Below, piece by piece: positions 59,210-64,000 of a stretch of 64,000 nucleotides of DNA; positions within the stretch are counted from its first letter, which is position 1, and the number at the start of each line of letters is the position of its first letter. The translations under genes and the position numbers were made by a program. The stretch is from Longimicrobiales bacterium (GTDB lineage: Bacteria; Gemmatimonadota; Gemmatimonadetes; Longimicrobiales; Gaopeijiaceae), in the NCBI GenBank assembly GCA_965116905.1, contig OZ220732.1, positions 1,568,001 through 1,632,000 on the forward strand. The letters run 5' to 3'. Under the pieces are notes generated by a model. The model worked only from the letters and a program-made list of their open reading frames with translations, made no database searches and was not told the origin of the DNA.

Positions 59210-59240
59210 GCTGACCTCCTCTTCCTGGTGACCGCCGGTT

Positions 59241-59816
59241 TCAGGAGCCCCCGCTCTCCCACACGTCCAAATGACGCGAGAAGACCTCGTCGAGGTCGAT
59301 CAGGCCCAGGCGCTCGGAACCCAGCCGGACGGGGAGCTCGCCCGAGAAGCGCTCGTGCCCCGCCTCGTCCGCGAAGCGCCAGACATCGACCACATCCTCG
59401 CCCGGATCCACGATCCAGTATTGCCGCACTCCGTGACGCGCGTACAGATCCAGCTTGATCCCGCGGTCTCGGCGCGCGGTGGACGGCGAGAGGATCTCGA
59501 TAACGAGGTCGGGCGCGCCCAGGACCTGCTTCTCGCCGATGATCGCCCGCCTCTCGGTGGACACGAACAGAAGGTCGGGCTGGACGCGGTCGCCGGTCCC
59601 CGGGAACTCGACCAGGAGCGGGGCGGAGAACACCTCTCCTCGTCCAGCGTCCATGAGGATCCGCACCAGAGCCGACCATAGTCGCCCCAAGACGCGCTGG
59701 TGCCGGGTCATGGGAGCTGGCGTCATGTACAGCCGCCCCCCTATGAACTCGTAGCGGTTGCCGTCGTCCGGCATCCGCAGGACATCCTCCCAGGTCGTCG
59801 GTGCTTGAGTCTGCAT
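59241..59816 (-). CDS. Uma2 (DUF820) endonuclease family protein, paralog of 7513-8100
   Basis: Near-colinear protein and conserved upstream region. Confidence 0.9.
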   Translation of the reverse strand: MQTQAPTTWEDVLRMPDDGNRYEFIGGRLYMTPAPMTRHQRVLGRLWSALVRILMDAGRGEVFSAPLLVEFPGTGDRVQPDLLFVSTERRAIIGEKQVLGAPDLVIEILSPSTARRDRGIKLDLYARHGVRQYWIVDPGEDVVDVWRFADEAGHERFSGELPVRLGSERLGLIDLDEVFSRHLDVWESGGS

Positions 59817-59937
59817 AGTGGACACATCATACCTCCCCGCTTTCGGGTGCGCGAACCTGCCGGGAGAGGAGGGGTACAGCGGTGCGATCAGGGTTCCGTC
59901 ATCGTTGGAGAAGCCTGAGGAACCGGCGTCGCTCCCC

Positions 59938-61422
59938 TCACCCAGGCATCCGCAGCCTCTTCCCCTCAGCCTCCGCCTCGTCCGAGTCCAGGAACGCATT
60001 GCAACCCTCCAACTCCCGCCCCGCCACTTCGAGCGAACTCCAGTCGATCGCGATGGTCCATCGCTGCGCATAGTCGAGCACGCGAATCAGTGGTTCCGCT
60101 CGCCCGGTCCGGGACAACGCACGTAGCGCCGCGAGGTAGTTTCCGCGAAACACCGTCGGAATCACAATCCGCTCTTCCCCTCCGGCGACAAGCTCGGCGT
60201 TCATCATCACCCGCGCGATCCGTCCGTTGCCATCGGCGAAGGGGTGCACCTCGCTGACGAGGAACATCATGTAGACGGCGCGCTCGAATGGCGACTCAAG
60301 GCTCCGGTAGAGGTCGAATCCTGCATCGAGGGTGCCCGGGACGAGGTCCGGAGCGACGAAGACGGCTAGTCCCGCCCGGTTCTCTTCCACCTTGAACTCG
60401 CCGGGCAACACCTCCGGCCGCGCTGCCAGGATCTGCCGGTGGCGCTCTCGCAGGAGGCCGGTGAATGCCCCGAAGGACGCGGGCGTCCGTGCCATCTCCT
60501 CCTCGTCGGATACGATACGCCATGTGCCGGCGACATCATGGGCGTCCGCCGGCCGGTGAGGCGGAATCTCGCCCTCGAAGACGATGCGAATGGCCTCGTC
60601 AACCAGGAACTCGGTGCCTTCGACGAAGTTGGAAAAGTAGGCCTCGAAGAACGCCAGCGTCGCCCGACCCCTTGCGTCGCGGGCAGGCGTGGGCCGGATA
60701 CTCGGAGGACGGCCGCGAAGTGCCTGATGCAGCTTGTGAAACAACTCCGGCCGATCCGGATCGTAGGGTCGCCCCCGGCCGCGGGCGATGGCCACCGGAG
60801 ACTCGAGCTGACTCCGACGCGTGCCGAGCAAGGCGCCGATCAGTGAATCGAGTTGGGCAGCCTCGGTCTCCAGGCCGAGTTCGACCGCGATCTCCCGGGC
60901 AGCGTCTCGCAGTCGATTGACGCCCGTTTCACCGGCCGTCCGGACGAGACGGTCAAGGCGCGCTTCGACTTCGATTCGTCTGAGAGTGCGTGGCACACGA
61001 CCGTCCCGGGCGCGGGAAGGACGCAGATTCTCGAGATAGGCCCGGGTTCGCGAACTGAGAGACAGCCCGGCGACAAACGGCATGTCCGATGCGACCGGCC
61101 CGGGTCCCCGGCGCGGACGCAGCACGATGCCCGGCAACTCCACCCTTCGCCCGCGGTCGCTGACAAGGCACACGGAGCCATCCGAGGCGGGACCTGCTTC
61201 GAACGCGGTGCGGTCTGCGATCAGGCCCCCGGGAAAGTACCCCGCGACGATCCCCCACAGGTTTCTGCGCACGATGTCCTCGGGAGCGTCCTCCAGGTTG
61301 CTGGTGTAGAGGCGCGAAGCAAGCTTCCGGAGCTGGCCGGCCTTAACCGCCCGTGACACCGCACGGCTGATCGCGGTGTGGGACACGAAGGCCTCGGGTA
61401 GCTCTCTCAATATGCGACTCAT
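59938..61422 (-). CDS. Fic family protein
   Basis: FFEAYFSNFVEGT, HPFADGNGRIAR. Confidence 0.9.
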   Translation of the reverse strand: MSRILRELPEAFVSHTAISRAVSRAVKAGQLRKLASRLYTSNLEDAPEDIVRRNLWGIVAGYFPGGLIADRTAFEAGPASDGSVCLVSDRGRRVELPGIVLRPRRGPGPVASDMPFVAGLSLSSRTRAYLENLRPSRARDGRVPRTLRRIEVEARLDRLVRTAGETGVNRLRDAAREIAVELGLETEAAQLDSLIGALLGTRRSQLESPVAIARGRGRPYDPDRPELFHKLHQALRGRPPSIRPTPARDARGRATLAFFEAYFSNFVEGTEFLVDEAIRIVFEGEIPPHRPADAHDVAGTWRIVSDEEEMARTPASFGAFTGLLRERHRQILAARPEVLPGEFKVEENRAGLAVFVAPDLVPGTLDAGFDLYRSLESPFERAVYMMFLVSEVHPFADGNGRIARVMMNAELVAGGEERIVIPTVFRGNYLAALRALSRTGRAEPLIRVLDYAQRWTIAIDWSSLEVAGRELEGCNAFLDSDEAEAEGKRLRMPG

Positions 61423-61530
61423 GTGAATTCTCGCTTGATAGCAAGCCTGATGGATCCCATTAGGAGAACAATTGTAATATAAGACAACGAATATGAGAAA
61501 ACTGTGACGTTACTGAACGCCTGGCAACCG

Positions 61531-61569
61531 ATACACAACAGAATCGTTGCCAACAGAACCGTTGTGTAT
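61531..61569. promoter_or_regulatory. Nested direct/inverted repeat between divergent Fic genes
   Basis: ATACACAAC...GTTGTGTAT arms enclose two CAACAGAAYCGTTG units. Confidence 0.5.
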
Positions 61570-61765
61570 ATGTCATGCGGACATTCTACAGGTCATTTCA
61601 GATATCGTAATCATTGATGATGAAACTGCATTGACTCCATAACATCAATATTGCCATATCATTCACGGTTTAGCCAGCACACTGTCATGATGGGACTATT
61701 CCTGGACATTTTGCTGGACATCCGATAGGATGAGTCCCTGCTGAACCCATCAGGAGCCCCGACCA

Positions 61766-62959
61766 TTGACCAACGACCGCGAATACCGCCGGACCCACCC
61801 CTGGATCAGCTTCCGCCACCACCTGGAACGCGCCGATCCGCTCCACTGGGCGTTGCTCGGCGAGGCGGCCGCGAGGTGCGATCAGATCGCTAAGGCAGTC
61901 CTTCCGCCTGCTGACGCCCGCGAGCTGCACCGGGTCTACCTGGTCAAGGGGGCTCGCGCCACGACCGCGATCGAGGGGAACACGCTCAGCGAGGAACAGA
62001 TCGCGGCCCACCTGGAGGGGCGCTTGGAGCTCCCGCCTTCCCGGGAATACCTGCAGCGGGAGGTCGGCAACGTCCTCACGGCCGTCAATGACATCTTTGG
62101 CGAGATCGTGGCTGGCCGCCCGCCGGAGCTGACGCCGGACTGGATTGCCGGAGCGAATCGGCGTCTGCTTGCGGGTCTTGAGGAGCATGTCGAGGAGGGT
62201 GTGGTTCCGGGCGAGATACCGACACATCCCGTGGGAGTCCTGCGGTACCGGGGTGCCCCCAGAGCGGACTGTGGCTTCCTGCTCGACCGGCTCTGCGGAT
62301 GGCTCGAGGGCGACGATTGGCCGGTTCGCCCGGACCGGCACGAAGACCGGATCGCGTCCGCTATCCTCCGCGCCGTCTTCGTTCACCTCTATATCGCCTG
62401 GATCCACCCCTTCGGGGACGGCAACGGAAGGACCGCGCGGCTCGCCGAGTTCATGATCCTCGCGCGCGAGGGCGTGCCGTCGCCCTGTGCCCATCTTCTC
62501 AGCAACCACTACAACGTCACGCGGGCCGAATACTACCGGCAGCTCGATCGCTCCAGCCGGGCGAACTCCGGTCGTGGCGACCCGCTCGGCTTTCTGTGCT
62601 ACTCGTTGCAAGGGTTCGTCGACGGCCTGCGCCTGCAGAGCGAATCCATCGCGGGCGTCCAGCTAAGGCTGGCCTGGGAGCACTTCGTCTACGGTGAATT
62701 CCGACGGATTCCGTCGTCATCTGCCATGCGGCGCCGCCGCGAGGTCACCCTGGCGCTCGGCCTTGTCGATGCGTCCGTCCGAAAGCGGGCAATACCGGAC
62801 TTGAGCCCCGACCTGGCCAGACTCTATGCGGACAGGACCAGCAAGACGCTGACCCGGGACATGAACTGGCTGCTGAAACGGGGCTTCCTGGAGAAGGGAC
62901 AGGACGGCTACCGGGCGAAGGTGGAATCGATGCGCGCCTTCCAGCCCCCACGGGCATAG
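61766..62959 (+). CDS. Fic family protein
   Basis: ATTAIEGNTL, HPFGDGNGRTAR, C-terminal wHTH-like region. Confidence 0.9.
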   Translation: MTNDREYRRTHPWISFRHHLERADPLHWALLGEAAARCDQIAKAVLPPADARELHRVYLVKGARATTAIEGNTLSEEQIAAHLEGRLELPPSREYLQREVGNVLTAVNDIFGEIVAGRPPELTPDWIAGANRRLLAGLEEHVEEGVVPGEIPTHPVGVLRYRGAPRADCGFLLDRLCGWLEGDDWPVRPDRHEDRIASAILRAVFVHLYIAWIHPFGDGNGRTARLAEFMILAREGVPSPCAHLLSNHYNVTRAEYYRQLDRSSRANSGRGDPLGFLCYSLQGFVDGLRLQSESIAGVQLRLAWEHFVYGEFRRIPSSSAMRRRREVTLALGLVDASVRKRAIPDLSPDLARLYADRTSKTLTRDMNWLLKRGFLEKGQDGYRAKVESMRAFQPPRA

Positions 62960-62968
62960 ATTCCACGA

Positions 62969-64000
62969 ATGCGACCCCGATTCCTGCGACTCCGATTCCT
63001 GCGACTCCGATTCCTGCGACTCCGATTCCTGCGACTCCGACGCCTCGGCCCGCTTCTGGCCGTGCCCGTTGCCATTGGCGTGTCAGCACTGCCGGCCGCA
63101 CCGCAAACGGTTACCTACCGGGTGACGTTCGAAGGCAACTGGACGCTGGCCAGCACGCCCGGCGGCGTCGTGGGCGGTGCGCACTTCACGACTCTGATCG
63201 GCGGCGTGCACGGGAGCGGTGTCACCTTCTGGCAACCCGGCCAACAAGCCAGCTCCGGTGTCGAGAATGTGGCGGAGCTGGGCGCCACGGGGACCTTCCG
63301 CAGCGAAGTCCAGCGCAGCTCGCACACGCGGTCCGTCATCGAGGAGGGCGTCTCCGGAGGCGGCACCGGCACTGCGTCGTTCACCATCGACGTCACGCCG
63401 GAGCATCCACAGGTGACGCTCCTGTCCATGATCGGTCCCAGTCCCGACTGGTTCGTCGGCGTGTCGGGCGAATCCCTGCTCGACGGCTCGGGGCAGTGGG
63501 TGCAGTCGCTGGTGGTGGACCTCTTTCCGTACGATGCCGGCACCGAGGACGGGACGGAGTTCTCGCTGTCCAACCCCGCCACGAGTCCGCAGGGCGTCAT
63601 TACGAGCATTGCGGGAACCGGCAAGTTCTCGAACGTGCGCATGGCCAGACTCACGTTCACCAGCCTGGAGCCTCCCCCTCCGTCCGGGCCCAGCGTGAGC
63701 CTGTCGGCCTCTCCGAATCCGGTGGACGAGGGGCACCCGGTGACGGTGACGGCGCGGCTGTCGCAGGCACTGTCGAGCAGCGTGACGATCCCGCTGGACC
63801 TGGCCTCCGGCACCGCCGAATCGGACGACTACGGCGACCTGGCGAGCATTACGGTGGCCGGTGGGCAGACCACCGGCTCGGGCACGATCTCCACGGGCGA
63901 GGACGTGGACAACGACGACGAAACGTTCACGGTGGCGCTGGGCGAGCTGCCGTCGGTGTTGACGGCGGGCGATCCGTCGTACGTCGAAGTGACGATCCGC
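62969..64000 (+). CDS. Secreted spondin_N plus Calx-beta-like protein (runs off the window; not in the ORF track)
   Basis: Read manually: MRPRFL(RLRFL)3RLRRLGPLLAV..., TYRVTFEGNW, LSMIGPSPDWFVG, PYDAGTEDG, then SVSLSASPNPVDEG...DDETFTVAL. Confidence 0.85.
   Translation, partial: MRPRFLRLRFLRLRFLRLRFLRLRRLGPLLAVPVAIGVSALPAAPQTVTYRVTFEGNWTLASTPGGVVGGAHFTTLIGGVHGSGVTFWQPGQQASSGVENVAELGATGTFRSEVQRSSHTRSVIEEGVSGGGTGTASFTIDVTPEHPQVTLLSMIGPSPDWFVGVSGESLLDGSGQWVQSLVVDLFPYDAGTEDGTEFSLSNPATSPQGVITSIAGTGKFSNVRMARLTFTSLEPPPPSGPSVSLSASPNPVDEGHPVTVTARLSQALSSSVTIPLDLASGTAESDDYGDLASITVAGGQTTGSGTISTGEDVDNDDETFTVALGELPSVLTAGDPSYVEVTIR
62971..63040 (+). repeat. 15-bp tandem repeat (GCGACTCCGATTCCT), about 4.7 copies
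   Basis: Units at 62971, 62986, 63001, 63016 and a partial unit at 63031. Confidence 0.92.

Noticed and set aside
62971..63040. Tandem repeat as a CRISPR array
   Set aside because: Units are contiguous with no spacers and lie in a coding frame.

Overview
High-GC bacterial chromosomal window. A Gemmatimonadota-like, possibly sponge-associated host is my inference from the gene families (spondin/Calx-beta, Sel1, 6-bladed propeller, many Fic/Uma2/TA genes); it is not shown. The window has three parts. (1) 1-13.75 kb is metabolic: frdABCD, a frameshifted lytic transglycosylase, a spondin lipoprotein, a Fic-Uma2 pair and a form I aerobic CO dehydrogenase cluster (coxE-like, coxG, coxM, coxS, coxL). 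(2) 13.75-40.2 kb is a compositionally distinct defence-like island. It holds an ATPase plus TOPRIM-like pair, a coupled five-gene operon (GIY-YIG, ParB-like, SNF2 helicase, ComEC-type MBL hydrolase, membrane protein), yefM-yoeB, a C5-methyltransferase with Vsr, a TerB-like/SAP/FokI-like nuclease, a Sel1 protein and a 1918-aa sacsin-N/DUF3883 protein. (3) 40.2-64 kb is a mosaic in which TA, Fic and Uma2 modules alternate with cargo genes and gene scars. Best candidates for undescribed biology are the five-gene operon with its MTase and FokI-like neighbours, a 66-bp four-half-site element in three copies (two of them directly flanking a Fic gene), and repeated grafting of a promoter plus first codons onto unrelated genes. 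I found no integrase, transposase, reverse transcriptase, rRNA, tRNA or CRISPR array. Family calls come from motif recognition, not database searches.
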